A stretch of DNA of 64,000 nucleotides from Danionella cerebrum (GCA_007224835.1 SRMA01025353.1:363535-427534); one strand, 5' to 3'. Shown: positions 35,701-50,989, counted from the first letter of the stretch. Made by a program: numbers and translations. The notes: a model not told the origin generated them from the letters alone.

Positions 35701-38058
35701 TTAAGGATGAGAGAAAAAGGTCTGAAATCGAAATTGTGCAGTCACAGAAGCTCAGAACAGTTTTGACACTCCAGGTCATATAATCTCAGTCTCTGGAGAT
35801 ATTAGAAATCAAATCTATATTTGACAGTCGGTCAAAATAAACAACCTCAAACATGACTCTTTAGAGGGCAAGGTTTTTCAATTTAGCCAGGAAGATACCA
35901 AGGTTCATCGTCTACATTTAATAAAACCAAGGAATCCTTTGGAGAGAAACTCATCCATGCAGTGCTTCTGGCTTCAAGCATAGATTTTTCCTCACGACTT
36001 CTAAATAAACCAGAGAAGGGCTTAGATGGTGAGTTCTTAAAGCTAAACTTTATAAGCCGCAGCATCCAAACGCCCACTCTCCTCCAACCCTGAACCTCCA
36101 GCCGCTCTGCTTCCTCTATGCTTTGAACCTACTCACGATCGCAGCATCGTATGTGCTGGAGTTTGCAGCTCAACTTCGCAACCTTGTTATTTATTTGCTG
36201 CAGTTTAAAGCATACGAAGCTCCATACAGGTATCTTTTGGTGTAGGCTACACTTTCCATTTTGACATTTCCATTATCTCTCAAGAAGATATCTTCGGTTG
36301 GCCTTAATGGCCTCATGGAATGGATGACTAAATGACTTTCTGTGAAAGCGAGGGCCCTTAAGATCTGCGTTGTGAAAACCCGCTGGGGCAATTTTTGAGA
36401 AATTGTGCACTCTGGAAAATCCCCTTTTGAGCTTTTCGAGAAGTTTGATGGCTGTTTTCAACACCTGCCCTTGAGCTGGAGAGTCAGTACACATCATATC
36501 CGTTTCTTATTTATTTTAGATGTTTAGAACAAAATGAAAGAACACAGAGCTGATTATGTGTTCAATTTTGATGGTTTCGTCTCTTTGCACGTTTCACAGC
36601 GTTGCAAAGTGGTCGGTTTCTAATCAAATAGCTATGAAAAGCAAGATATTTTGGTGAAAGAACGTCTAGAAATAAAGCCAATCGACATGTTTTGGATTGT
36701 TTGAGATAACCCATTCAGACATGAAAGAACATAACATCTCCACTTAATGTACAACGATATTAGTTAGTGATGCAAAGGCTAAAGGTGGAGTTATGTGGGA
36801 AGGCTTTCTTGTTCTGCTGAGAACTTCACTATAGCTTTAGAAAATGCTGGGCAGCCAGCTCAAAAAGCATTGCAATAATACACTCAGATGGTCTTCAGTG
36901 CGTGTTCTAGGTTGAAGGTCTGGATGCTATGGCTGAACATTGCGTTTTCATTTTATTTATATTCTATCCTTTTCTGTCTCATCTTCTTCTGTACATGTAT
37001 GTAGCTCTTGGTTTCATAACTGGTGTTGTATCCATGGAAAGCTAAGCTCCAGAAACTGCCATTCCTTGTACTGATGCTTTTACAGAAATTAATTTTGTCT
37101 TTACTAGTCAATGCCTTTTATGACCGTTTTTTTTTTACTACTTTACAATTTGCTCAAAATTGTAACTTTAAAGCAGATTGCGTGATATCCATTTAAAGTA
37201 CAACCACAGCTTTTTTTAAAGATATTTTTCCATTTTTTCATTGTGATTGTTTCATTTCTAGTAATTTTTTTTTACTGCAAACAATAACAAAATATGAGAA
37301 CATAATTTTTATAGTAAAGATCAAAAGTTTTGAGACAAAAAAGGTCAAAACAACAGGAAAAATATATTAAAACATAAACTTTTTAAAATTACTGCATGCA
37401 AAGACCACTAAGGGTTAATCTTTCCCAGTTGTGGATGCTACATCTCAATTTCTTCTTGATCTTCTGTTTCCACCTAACTCTGTCCTCAGTATCCTCTACT
37501 CTTGCACCAAGTAACCCTAAAATATAGCTAAAACAATTTTAAATTAAAATCCTGAACAGGCTTTGTGAAATCAGAGTGATTTCTTCTTTGTATAATTAAA
37601 TGTATGCAACAACTTGGTCCTTCGAGCCGGATTTTAACATGCAGGAATTTTTGGTATGGAAGCTTCCTTTTTGATCCTGTCACGTTTTTAATATCATGTA
37701 AGCATCTATTAAAAAGGGGCATCTATAAAAAAATGGAACTCCACAGAGTGACTTTTGTTATTCGCAGGTGTTTTTCTTGCACTGCTACTGCACATTGCTA
37801 TTGTTGACTTAACTCGAAAGGCATATTTAAGCTTTTAAAAACAGGGGAACATCACTTCTGAGTTTCACAGCTCTTCAAAAAGCTATCAGGTCCAAATCGG
37901 TGCAAATTTGGAAGATGACTTTATTTTGATAATATTGAACCAAAAGATCCTTGAAAGATCCAGAAGCTTTTGTGTGCAGGATTTATACAATCTTTCAGTA
38001 TCTGGAAGCAAAGGATTTAAAATAGTAACTTTTAAATAGAGTTTTAATATTTAGTTAG

Positions 38059-38421
<363 letters not shown>

Positions 38422-38956
38422 TGACATTTTGTGCTCAATTACCTGGAGACAATCCCACACAAATATTTGAGAGTCAGACATCAGTAGACAACTGAAACTG
38501 TATGGTTTCATGGAAGTATAATCATGTTATATAAGCCGTACAGTACCCTCTTAGCATATAAACAGCCTATGAGTCACATTTGAGTGCAGCACAGGAAGCC
38601 TTGATAAATCCTCTTTAAATACAGTCAACTTTTAAAAACATACACTTAAAGTATAACAACGTAAATGCCAAAGATAGAATATCCATCAACAGGGACCTGC
38701 TTCTCAAATGGCGGATGTCATTCTTAGCCATTTGCTTTTGTTTACACAAAATAATTGCGTTTCATTTATTATAGACTCGCAAGAAAGGAAACGAAGCATG
38801 ATAATTACGTTTAAAAACACAAATCCTCTATTTTAGTATTCAGAGCACTAGCAGTTTTCAGACATGCATTCCTTATAATTATATTCCAGTTTTGTTTAAT
38901 CTACTTCCTGTCTGGGTTGATGTTATTAACAATTGTCGTTTCTATGATTGCATAGC

Positions 38957-39036
38957 TGCACTGGGGACATTAGAATTCGAGCTGAGGTATGAGAGAGAGA
39001 CTAGTTCACTCCACTGTACCATCATCAGAGCCAAGG
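38957..39036 (+). CDS. doc2a: doc2a coding exon 2 (TALGTLEFELRYERETSSLHCTIIRAK); start of C2A
   Basis: Matches DOC2A ATALGTLEFDLLYDQASCTLHCSILRAK. Acceptor ttgcatag, donor GTAACA. Confidence 0.85.
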
Positions 39037-39181
39037 TAACATCCATCTCACACCTCTCCACACGAACCCACACCTATGCCTGAATCTACTACAAAAACCT
39101 ACTGGCGATTTAGCCTTTAGCCATTGGTTGTGTTTCAGCATGGCTTCACAACATTTTTTAAACAGCAGTCTACTCTAATAA

Positions 39182-39322
<141 letters not shown>

Positions 39323-41876
39323 TGATTGTACTTTATAATATTTATGGGAAGGGTTAGTACAGATTGTGGTATGACTGCATAGGCTTGTTTAAATTCTGAC
39401 CCAGATTAGAGTTATACGTAATCTAGTTCCAAAGAATTGATTGATCCATGCAAAGTGGTAGGTTTATTTCAATAGTGAAAAACAAATACCAAAAATGCCT
39501 TTAAAAAAATTGCACTTAATATTGTAAAGTAAGTATTTAACCCATTCACAAAAATAGTTTGATTTTTGACTATAGAGGGTGTAGACACGATGCAATGGTA
39601 GCAGGAAGTTATGATGTGAGTAGGAAAAGGCAATGGCATATTCATGTGCAAAGAGTAAATGTGAGCAACCGTTGAAAATAAAGAGAAGCTGTTGTGTGAT
39701 TGACTGTTTGAAACCCGATTTCAAAAACTTCCTTTCTATAAACCTCAGAAATCCAGATGAGAAGAAAAAATGGAATATAGGGACTGAATCATGCATGAAA
39801 TACTCTATCTGTGTGCTCAAGTTGTGCTGGAGATCGTTTTGTGAGTCTTTGTGAGACGGGCCTTAAGTGATGTCGAAATGTGAATCAGACTAATGCGGAT
39901 GCAATGCAGAGTCACCATATGGTTATATCTATGGTTACACCATAGAGTCACCTGGTTGAAAGGACAAGGGGAGTTTGGTTTAGCTCGTGAAGACCAAGAA
40001 TTGAACCTTGTGGAACTTCTGTGAGCAGCTGCTGAGTCTTTGATATCTCGCCCCCCAATCAATTGAAGGATCTACCAGTGAGATACCTGAAAACAGTCCA
40101 GTGAGTGTAGACAGTAGGATCTGATGGTTGATCCTCGTCAAAGGCTGCACAGTATGATAAAAAAAGACAAATCACTGAGAGAAGAGCAGTCTTCTGTAGA
40201 ACGTCTAAATGATTGTTCATTGGCAAACTTAAGACCCATAGTAGACACATAATTTTAGTCCTTCACATTAAGTGGAGTTCACTTTCAAATGAACAGTGTG
40301 ATACATGAAAGTCATTTTTTGAGTAAGAGTATAAAAAAGGACTTTTATAAATGTTCACACAATATTAGAAAGGAACTATGGGGGCAGGGTCTCAGAAAGA
40401 AGCTTCATATACTAAAAATCCGGCTCGAAGGACCATTTGGAAGGAAGAAATACTGGCACCACAAAGCCTGAACAGTTATCATGACATTCATAATATCCTC
40501 GTTATAACTATCTTGAGATGTTTCTTCTGTTTGTGAATAATCTCACCTACAGTTGTCTCTTTAGAACCAAGCTGCTTTTGACGATGCTCTTGAAGTCCAT
40601 TTCCTTCCTTATCAAAAATCTAGTCGCTGAAATCCCTGAGCAGCTATTTGGTCTCTATACATTTATTCAGGAGGTTAACAATCATTCTGAACCTGAATGA
40701 TGGCTTCTCTGGACAGGTATTTAGTACAGATACCGCAAATCTTGCTGATTGATAAGGGATCAAATCAGATATTTCTGTGATTCTGTCGAAATTAACATGC
40801 CATTACTGATGATTTCTTTGTCTGTTCATAAAGATCTAAGGCTAAATGCATCTTTGCCTCTTTGTATGTACAATACCTGTTAAACAAACATCAATAAAAA
40901 TAATGAAATGTATTTTTTTACCTTTTAACATCTCATCCTCACAGAATGAACAGAAGAAGTTAATTTTTTAATTAATTAAATTTTGCACAGGCCAATAATC
41001 ATAGCTAGCATTTACTAGGAGAAGAATCTGTAAAAATCACTTTTTACTTCTGGATGGTCCACAGTTCATTCTGGGGGTTCTGTGCTACAGATGCATTTGA
41101 TTGCTATGATTTCCTCACCGCGTCGAAATTTTCACATAATCCACTTTTATTTCTAAGTAACTTACCCAATTTCCGTAAATCTGCCCCTTAAACTGAGTGG
41201 GTACTTTAAGCATCATTAACAAATTGTGCCTGCCTCTTTCACTGCAAATTATCTGGTAGAAGCTGCAAGAACAAGGACATTGGGATTTGCTCCCAGTCGG
41301 AGACAAAAGCATCAGAGGAGCATTGATGTTGGGTGATGGGGCCTGACTCACAGTGGGCTTTCTAACGCAGTCCAATAGACTTCTATGCTTTTCAAGTCTG
41401 GTCTTTGTGGGCGTCACGTTATACGATGCCATTTTATTTTAGCTGTTGCTTTGTGCGCTGCATTATCATACTGCAACATAAAAAGCGCACTCGTCAAACT
41501 CGTCTGAGGCACATTATGACGTCTAGCAAACAGCATAAATCCAACTTGGATCCACTGCTTTGTTTAAGTAAATAAAAATGGATTATTCCACCCCACGTTT
41601 TACATGCTGGCATTTTATATAGTAGAAATTCTCTGGGGAAGGGGTGAAATGAATGAAAAATAGTAAATTCTACATATTATCTCAGGTCTATATGTTGGGA
41701 GGGATAGCAGAATGCTCCAGTGAAATTAAGTGTAATAAATATATTTATTTATTACATTTCATTCTCCAACTAACCTCACAGTTTTGTCTTATTGCTTGAT
41801 AATTTCATGGCCGTTGTTTATGTTTTTGTGTGTGACTCCATATCATGACCCCAGCTCAAATCTTTCATACCTATAG

Positions 41877-42053
<177 letters not shown>

Positions 42054-42224
42054 TGATGGAACGATAAATCTACACGACTCAAAATGTTTTACTGACAAAG
42101 TTCCCAAAGTTACAGATACACATCTCTTGTGGATACTCTCTGATACACAAAGCTCTCAAAGTTTGGAGAAACTAAAGAAAAGATCAACAGAAATTCGGTT
42201 TGAAATTTATTTTATTGTGACACT

Positions 42225-42965
42225 CAACGGCCACTTTATTAAGTACACAAGTCCAACTACTTGTTTACGCAAATTTCTAATCAGCCAATCACATCGCAGC
42301 AACTCAATGCATTTAGGCATGTAGACATGGTTCAACCTGAGCATCAGAATGGGGAAGAAAAGAGATTTTAGTGATTGAGTGCACAAAACGTCAAACTACA
42401 GCAGCAGAAGACGACACTGAGGCTACAATTCGCACAGGCTCACCAAAGTTGGACAACGGAAGATTGTGATTTCTTGGATGGTTGGGTCAGAATTTGGCGT
42501 CAACAACATGAAAGCATGGATCCTTCCTGCCTTTAACAATGGTTCTGGCTTGTGGTGGTGGTGTAATGTACAGGGGATATTTTCTTTAGGCCCTTTAGTA
42601 CCAATTGAGCATTGTATCAACGCCACAGTCTCCCTGAGTATTGTTGCTGACCATGTCTATCCCTTTATAACCACGGGTCCCCATCTTCTGGTGCTACTTA
42701 CAGCAAGAGAACTCTCCATGTCATAAAAACACATCTCAGACTGGTTTCATGAAAATGAGTTCACTGTACTCAAATATTCTCAGTAGTCACCAGATCTCAA
42801 TCCAGTAAAGCATTCAAATCTGAGGCAACTATGTGATGCTTTCATGTCAATATGAAGCAAACTCTCAGAGTAATGTTTTTAGTACCTTGTTGAATCTGTG
42901 CCATGAAGAATTAAGGCAGTTCGGTTCTAATAATGGGTACCTAATAAAGTGGCCAGTGAGTGTAT
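42225..42965. mobile_element. Second copy of the 'ccactttatta(a/g)gtacac' TIR element, in doc2a intron 4
   Basis: cggccactttattaagtacac at 42228 and ggtacctaataaagtggcc at ~42935. The internal sequence (agccaatcacatc..caactcaatgcatttaggc..tagacatgg) matches the 24.9-kb copy. Confidence 0.65.
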
Positions 42966-43630
42966 ATTTGTATATTGTTTTTAAGTGGGCAACTCTAGGT
43001 GGATTGCAAATCTATTCTGGATATAACTTGAGATTTTTTGACAGCGGGCTGCATATCTATCTTTGACAGTAGGTGTGTAGGTGTCTGACAGAGTGTGACT
43101 GCTTTGCACATCTTCCTGACGCGTGGAAACCTTCAGGGTTGATCTAGTTGTACTCTTGCGTACATCTTGGCAGCCTGAATATTTTTACAATGTAAAAAGC
43201 CACTCTTCAGTCTTATCATCCCCAAGGCTCCTCTTAAAATCTGAAGTGACTGTTGTAGCTCTCAGGTCTTTCCTGTGATTATCCTGCAGAAAATTACCTA
43301 AGTGCTCATGTCACACGTGAACAGTATCCCCTGGCAACCTGCAACTAGGATCACTGGTGTTTTCAAACTTGCCCTTTTTCTGTGGCAAGGTGACAGTAGT
43401 CCAGAGAAAAGTCATTTAGCCGTTTATCTCTAAGGGAGAGCGCCGGAGCAGTGGAGAGTATATTCTGCAAACATTCAAGTGGAGCTTTGAAAAAAAGAGC
43501 ATCCGCTTATTTCTGAGCCAAAAATAACTTCTTAATCCCATTCATAAATATACATTTCTGTCTGAGCAATTTCCAGCCCTTGCTGCTCTGTGGATGCCAA
43601 TTTTATCACGTGCGCCCATGCAGCATTTAA

Positions 43631-43837
<207 letters not shown>

Positions 43838-45547
43838 TAATGACATCTTTTGCTTGAGAAATGTTGTTTAGCTCTAATTAATACAAGCTGGTTCCTGCTA
43901 ATCAAAAGAACTTTACTGGACCACTTCCTGCAGGGCTCAACAGCCCGTGGCATGTGTGCCAACTTGGCAAGTGGGGGGATAATCACTCGCGTGTGAGCAC
44001 AAGCAAATGAAGTGAAAGGATGTTATTCAAATAAAGTCCCTCAAGACTTTATTATAAAGCACATTCAAGGTAAAACAACTCGAAGGTCAATGGCCTTTTT
44101 ATTAAGGGAACGTTTGAAACAATCTTAGTTAGTGTGTGGAGTGAACTACTGAGATTTATGGAATGTTTAAGAAAACATTGACAATTGAAATTGACTATAA
44201 AAACAAATCCTTATTTACATAAACAGTGCTCAGCAGAAATGAGTGCACCCCACTACATTTGTTAGAATACCTTTTCTTTCAGATTCAAATTTTTTTTATA
44301 AGATACTATACTACAAAATACTTCCATGGATGTGGGCCATTGATTGCAAACAAGATTGTGCAAACATGCAAAAATGACTATACCGCAATTATAGCCTTAG
44401 GAGAAAAGCCATGCTTAAGACAAGAAAATTCTAAATATAACAGGCGTTCAACCACAGGTGACTCTAATGATCCATTTAAGCGGTGTCCAGCAGACAGATG
44501 ACTAATACTAGGGCATTACTGGGAAAAGAAAAGCCCCTCCAATTTCAGCATTGGCTCCCCATGGAAGAAAAATGTCACAAAATCTGATAAAGAAAATATT
44601 TTCTTTGTTTAAAAAAAAGTAATAATTGTATCCATTTATTCTGAGCACTGGTAGGCTTGAAAAAATGTAAATCTCCTCTGGTAAATTCCTTTTAAGGCAG
44701 AAATTATTTAATGGATGTTTAGCATCCATTAAGGCAACTGCCTTTTCTATAATTAATACTGAATAGGCATCTGGAATCTCTCTATTTTGTCTTATTTCGC
44801 CGCTTCTTTCCAAACCCTGTCTGACATATCTTCCCAATTTGAACTGCAGCAGATCATCAGATACCATTTCTGAATGCATTGAGTTGCTGATTAGGGAATT
44901 GCGTTACCAGCAGTTTGACATGTGTACCTAATAAAGTGGCCGGTGAGTGTATTGTTCCGTGATAAACAGTTAGACCCCAATCATTTATAAAGAGAAATTT
45001 CAGATAAAGCAAACTAAAACTCCTCAGTATTAAATGTTTCAGCCTCGATATAACCTCGAAGAATAAACTTTCTAACACCTTTGATTATCTTTTTATAGCA
45101 GATGTTTAGGGACTGTGAATTTTGTTAGTGTTTTGTAAGGTACATTTTTGTGCTCTGAGAAGAAAACCCATCTCAGTGCAATATTTTCCTTGAGGTAAGG
45201 ACTCTTTAAATAACAGGAAATGTTCAGGTGCTCCTTTGCTAAAAATAAAACTACATTCCAACAGACTATTGGTTAATTTAGAATTGATGGATGAACTTGC
45301 ACCTTGACTGGACATGTTGATTAAGTAACATTTCATCTGAGATGAGATCATCAAGGTTAGGAGCGCCTCTGGTGTTAGCAGGGTTAAGATGCCATAACTA
45401 TTCACAGATTAGCATAGGAGCTCGATTTGAGGTTGTTCGTTCATTTATAGAGGCATTCATTGTAAATCTCAAAACCATGGCTGTAAAGAAGTTGCCAAAT
45501 ACATCCAGAGAATGACTTTATCTCTGTTTCCTTTCTTTGTCTGGCAG

Positions 45548-45607
45548 CTTCCCTCTCCCACAGCCATGGGAGCAGCGCTGCGAGGGATTTCCTGTTACCT
45601 ACGAGAG
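45548..45607 (+). CDS. doc2a: doc2a coding exon 6, a 60-nt linker exon (LPSPTAMGAALRGISCYLRE)
   Basis: Corresponds to the DOC2A-specific linker LASPSSMSAALRGISCYLKE, which DOC2B lacks. Acceptor ctggcag, donor GTAATC. This is the main basis for calling the gene doc2a rather than doc2b. Confidence 0.8.
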
Positions 45608-46189
45608 GTAATCTTCCTTTAACCAGAGGCTTTTTCTCACGCATTCTGTAAACAGCGCAATTATTAAAGTGCAGGTACTGACAGTTCCAGACTCTAGTTA
45701 GCAATTAAGTTTAAAATAGTGCAAGCTTATAATTACTGCCCAATATTTTCATAGTAGGGTCTAAACTCATTTGCATTTCAACAAGAACATAGAGAACAGT
45801 GGCACAGAAGAAATCGATTAATATTTTTATCACCATCCAAATTTGTTCCCATCACGCCAAAGCGCCCCGCAATGAGACAAAGTGGAACGTGAAAAGACCG
45901 TGTGGGAATATGAGCGGAGGACGAGGGCTGGTTAAGGAAAGGGCAGGGACGCGGATGCTCTCTCTGTGCATCTCCTTGTTTTTAACAAATCCCCGCTTTG
46001 TCTGTCAACAAGAACGAATGTGGCATCCATAAATGACGAATTAGATTAGCCAAATGGCAACGTGGCCCCCGGAGAGACGAGATACAATTTGTTCTGTTTA
46101 ACTCGGTGTTGTACAGCACTTAGGGTGCCAAAGCCTCGCGTTGAGGATTTTATAGCAGACGCTGCTGAAGAGAGGCCAAAGAAAAAAAG

Positions 46190-46850
46190 GTGAGGGAGAT
46201 GGAGAGAGAGGGGAGATATGGGGAGAGAGAGATGGAGAAAGAGAATGGGAGGAGAGCAAGAGAGAGAGATAGGAAGAGGGAGAAAGAGAGAGAGAAAGAA
46301 GCAACAAGAGAGGGGGGATATAGGGACAGAGGGAGAGGCAGAGGAGGAGAGAGAGAGAGATGAAGAGAGAGAAATGGGGGAGGGGGGAAGTGATGGAGAG
46401 GGAGAGAGAAGCAGGGGGATATAGGGAGAGAAGCAGAGGGGGAGAGAGAGATATGAGGGGGGCAGAGAGAGGGACATGAAGAAAGGAAGAGGTGGAGAGC
46501 TATATATGGGCCAATATAGGGAGAGAGGGTGAGAGGGAAAGAAAGATAGAGGATATGGGGAGAGAAATGGGAGAGGCAGAGGAATAGAGGGAGTGAGAGA
46601 GAGGGTGAAGAGAGGGGGGGATGAGGGAGAGTGAGAAAGAGAGGGAGAGGGAGGGCAAAAGAGGGAACGAGAAATAGTGAGAGAGTGGATGAGGGGGAGA
46701 GAGATGGGGGAGAGAGGGAGAGCCAGAGAAGGAGGAAGAAGAGGAGAGGGGTGGAGAGAGAAGAGGGAGACAGTGGGAGAGGGGAAAAGGAGAGGGGAGA
46801 GAGAGGGAGAAGGAGAGAGAGAGAAAGCGTTCATCTGATGTAAACATGGC
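46190..46850. repeat. ~650-bp purine-rich (GA/GGA/GAGAGG) low-complexity tract followed by (CT)n at 46925-46980, in doc2a intron 6
   Basis: Almost exclusively G/A on the plus strand. This produces spurious long ORFs on both strands. Confidence 0.9.
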
Positions 46851-46942
46851 TCAATGCTCAAACCAGGAATAGAGATCCTAGCTCACAAATGTTTAATTAG
46901 CACAACAGAAATATATAGATAAAAGTCTTCTCTCTCTCCCCC

Positions 46943-46975
<33 letters not shown>

Positions 46976-49900
46976 ATTTCAAATGACAGAAACTAGTAAA
47001 AAAAGTCATTTATAAGGACAAAAGATGACAGAATATTTTGCCACCAATCTGAAAGTGGCAGAGATTGCAGAAGAGAATAATTACATTGTCAAAGGAAGGG
47101 GAGCGATTACATAATAAGAAAGATGGAGACGGCATTGATGGAAAGATTAGGAAGAGGAGAGAGAGGTTACAGGGTTATGAATGGACAGAGGGTGCCGGAT
47201 GAGTGACAGACTACACACTCTGAGGTCTCCGGAGGAAGAGAACTAGAACTGACAGGGGGAAACCACTGGAGTGCTTAGAGCAACAGCACAGACTGTGTCG
47301 GTTCAGAGCCTGTTGAAATCAAATGATGCTCAAAGGAGAGACGAGGACAAAGATTATAAGTAAAATATTTAATTAGCTGTACCTTTCCAGTGAGAGATTT
47401 AACTCTACAAATGTTCTACTGGACAGGTCTCTTCTTCCTCTCTTCACCTCATTAATCAGATTTTCAAAACGATAATATTATTTTCATTTCATGGGAGACG
47501 TCATGGGAGTTTTTAACAGTGTGCTCAGCCTACAGAGATTAATTGGATTCGCAAGAGTTACCGTAGCACGATTGCAATGCCACAAAAGCAACTATTTAAA
47601 AGGAATGGGCTGTAAATCACAAAACTAAATCATTAGTATTCACTCCGAGCATTCGCGCATGGCTATTGCTTTAACGCTACAAAAACATCGCACCCACCCA
47701 GCTCCTGTGGTGCAAAATTATTCCTTTTCCCATCCCACCCCTCTTTTTATCCCAATTAATTTACTGTTGAGAAAAACTTTACCCTGCTTGGGTTAATGGA
47801 ATAATTGAAGTAGACACTGGCTCCAGATTGACTCCTCCCGAAAGACGTTTAGTAAACTGTATTTAAACTTTGAGCGCCGTCCAATGATAAATAACGAATG
47901 AAGTGGACTTGGAATTTGAAATACGCTCTTTTTGTTATCATTGGAGCAAACTTTCAGTTAAAAGTGTTTTTCATCAAGTTAAAATTTTAAGCAGTAATTA
48001 AAGCTGCAAGCAGCAATCAAAGGGCACTCGCACATCCGGCTCTATCACCTCTCGGTGGTCTGTTTTTTGCAATATGCACTACGACCAATCCCTATTTAGG
48101 ATATGTATTCAAGCAAGAACTGAACACTACAGGCAAAATTATGTCACGACCCACAGGTGGCACTGTGAATGAGAATATTTTTCTGCCCAATATCCTTTTT
48201 TTCTGGCTGCAGCGAAAGAGGAGAGACAGGAAGCTATGTGGAGAGAAAGATTGCAAATAGACGTCAAGCTCAGGATTCGAACCAACATCGCCTTGTACAA
48301 CCGCACACATACATATCCTGAGCGCCAGCCACTAAGTCTTTGGCTAATATTCTTGTCGAAATTTGCTAAAAGGAGCATATTATGAATGTTTCCTGTGGAA
48401 TCATAAATGAGATTGTACATTGTAGAACTTAAATTTGGGACTGATCACACACTGTATAGCTGAGGTATAACAGCACTCTTTATGGTGAAATGTTGACTTT
48501 TAACGGAAAAAAAAAATCTATTTCAAAAAAGCTTAGCAATTTAATATCCCATTTACCTTTAGCTAAGACTCTTGAAGTTTGGAGGTGAACGGATACAATC
48601 CCTAGGAGGAATAAATTTAAAATATTAAAAATGAAAAAACTTGCTCCAACATATTATTTTGTAGGTATTAGTCCATGTGGTCCGCGTTCCAAATGTCGAA
48701 AACAGTATTAAACAGCATAAAATGGGATATTTCATACTGTAATATAACTGATACTGTAGGTTGCTATTTAGTTTTGTTCAGGCATGGACTCTTAACATGC
48801 CTGGCTGACTCGAACCCGATCGGACATTGCATGGCTGAGTTATTAACAATATTTTGAATATTGTTGGCCACAAAAAACAATTTTAACATCCCGTAAAACG
48901 TAAGACTGGTGGAGTTCGGAGGTGAACAGATAAACTCTCTAGGTACGACACCCCTCTTGGGTTTGTCCCTGTATCTCTCTTGGCAACCCGAGATGGCATG
49001 TATAGATGTTGTAAATAAAGCAAAATAGCACCTGATGCCACATATGTCTTCTCAGAGAACGGGAGAATGGGGTCAACCCTCTAAAGAGAGATGAACAAAT
49101 ACTTTTGGGGTATGTGCAATTAAAAGAGCAGCATGGTATCAATTTTATTTCATATTCAACAGAAAAAGATGTACATGTGTTTAGAAAGCCATCATTGTTT
49201 TTTTAGATGAACCTCTGCTATTGAAAAGCCAGCACTGTTGAATACAGCTGGGGTTTGTGACAATAAGAAGGGGGAGAAACACGCCCCAGAGGCAAAAGAA
49301 GGATGAGAGCATCTCAGACAGAGCTATTGGCGCAACAGTCACTTTGTTTATTTCAAGCTTTTGATTTCGGTGTCATGACTGGCACACATTCTGGTGGTGG
49401 TTGATGACGGGTGCCATGCCATCTGCCTGCTAATCACACAAATCTAAATATGAAAGCTGTGCCACGGTGTGTGCGCTGTCTCCTGGACACCTGTTTACCT
49501 GCTGGATGGAAACACCCTTTCATTATCATTAGCGAGGGCTGATTACCGGGGTCATTAGTGTCGAGCGCAAGCAGAAGCAGAAGGAATCCAAATTTAACAT
49601 TTAAGCCTCACAAAATACACTAAGCCCATTCAGAAATGCCACTGGCTTTTTTAATTAGGCGAAGAAACTTGGGCTGTCAGAGGAAAGCTTCTGCTACGCT
49701 GCCATCTGCTTGTTTGCAGCTAATTTGGTGCTCAAATTTATTCTATACTCCAGCATAAACCTCTCATCTCGTAATAGTTTATGATGCTATTGAGACATTT
49801 CTGAAAGAGCTTGTGGCACATAAAAATCAGATTAATGTCATTTCTTCCGAAAGTCTGAAATGTATTTATTTAAACAAAGTCGACAATGGCGACTGACCTT

Positions 49901-50694
49901 AAGTGTCTGTCTTTCTAGCATTGAACCGCTAATCATCACTTATGGGTTTTAACGCAGATGTTGCCTTTCTCTTTGTCCTCCCACAATCACTCAAGGAACT
50001 TTGTCTCATGCTCCTTCCCTCTCCAAAAGCATAGATCCTCATCTAATTACATTATTGAAACATCACCTTTGCCAGCAAACAGGTTTGGCTTGGCATGATT
50101 CGCACTAATGGGCATACAGATGCTCGCAGCCCTAGCACAAAAGCACACACAAACACAAACAGAAAGGTCTATAAGGCTCAAGGTAAAAAACTAGAAATAA
50201 CAAGGAAGAAAACAAACAGAGGGAGAGAGACACGGAGATGATTACCCTATTGATCCTGTCCTTTCGCTTGTTATGCCGGAGAAAGAGACACTGAGAAGAC
50301 AGACAGTTCAAAGGAAAGGAATACAGGAGTAGAGTATGACAGGAAGTCACAAATCTCACTGCTCTTGATGAGAATTTGCCATGCTGAGATATTAACCTTC
50401 ACTCATAAATGCGAGGGAACTCACTTCCAGGGTTAATGTACGGTCATGAAAATGACGAATGTGATTTCCTCTCTATTATACGACTACGGTTAATCAAAGA
50501 AATGTGATAACTGTGTAGCTTAGTAGGGATTTCCCTAAAACATCACAAGATATTTCAAAAAGAGCTGTTTTTGCAGAGGGAAAAACGGAATTACAAATTG
50601 TAGTTAAATAATTTCCTCAATTTCATAGACTTAAACTGCAAGGACATTAATATTTTAATAGAATTTTTGCATTAATAGACTGTTAAATGATCTG

Positions 50695-50975
50695 CAAGCT
50701 CTGGATTCAGGTTTCCCTACTTAGTTCCCCTACCTCGAGTTTCCACACCTAGTTCCCCTACCTCAAGTTTCCACACCTAGCTCCTCTACCTCAAGTTTCC
50801 ACACCTAGCTCCTCTACCTCGAGTTTCCACACCTAGTTCCCCTACCTCAAGTTTCCACACCTACTTCCCCTACCTCGAGTTTCCACACCTAGTTCCCCTA
50901 CCTCAAGTTTCCACACCTAGCTCCTCTACCTCGAGTTTCCACACCTACTTCCCCTACCTCGAGTTTCCACACCTA
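50695..50975. repeat. Minisatellite: ~28-29-bp unit (cctacctcRagtttccacacctaSYtcc) x ~9
   Basis: Directly visible tandem copies with minor variants (cgag/caag, tagtt/tagct/tactt). Confidence 0.9.
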
Positions 50976-50989
50976 GTTGCATTGTTGTT

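Noticed and set aside
36191-36497. Two overlapping minus-strand ORFs (66 and 74 aa)
   Set aside because: No recognisable domain or splice context. The region is flanked by TE remnants, and I could not tie it to any 16p11.2 gene. Left unannotated.
46046-46861. 271-aa and 115-aa minus-strand ORFs rich in S/P/L (plus a 70-aa E/R/G ORF on the plus strand)
   Set aside because: They lie entirely within the GA/CT low-complexity tract. The composition is driven by the simple repeat, they have no homology or splice context, and they sit inside a doc2a intron.
48230-48330. tRNA-like T-arm motifs (ggttcgaatcc on the minus strand, and gggttcgagtc near 48800)
   Set aside because: There is no complete cloverleaf: the acceptor stem and anticodon arm cannot be folded from the flanks. 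They are more consistent with tRNA-derived SINE fragments, and local duplicated units (ggaggtgaac..., 48470-48680 and 48840-48960) support a repeat origin.
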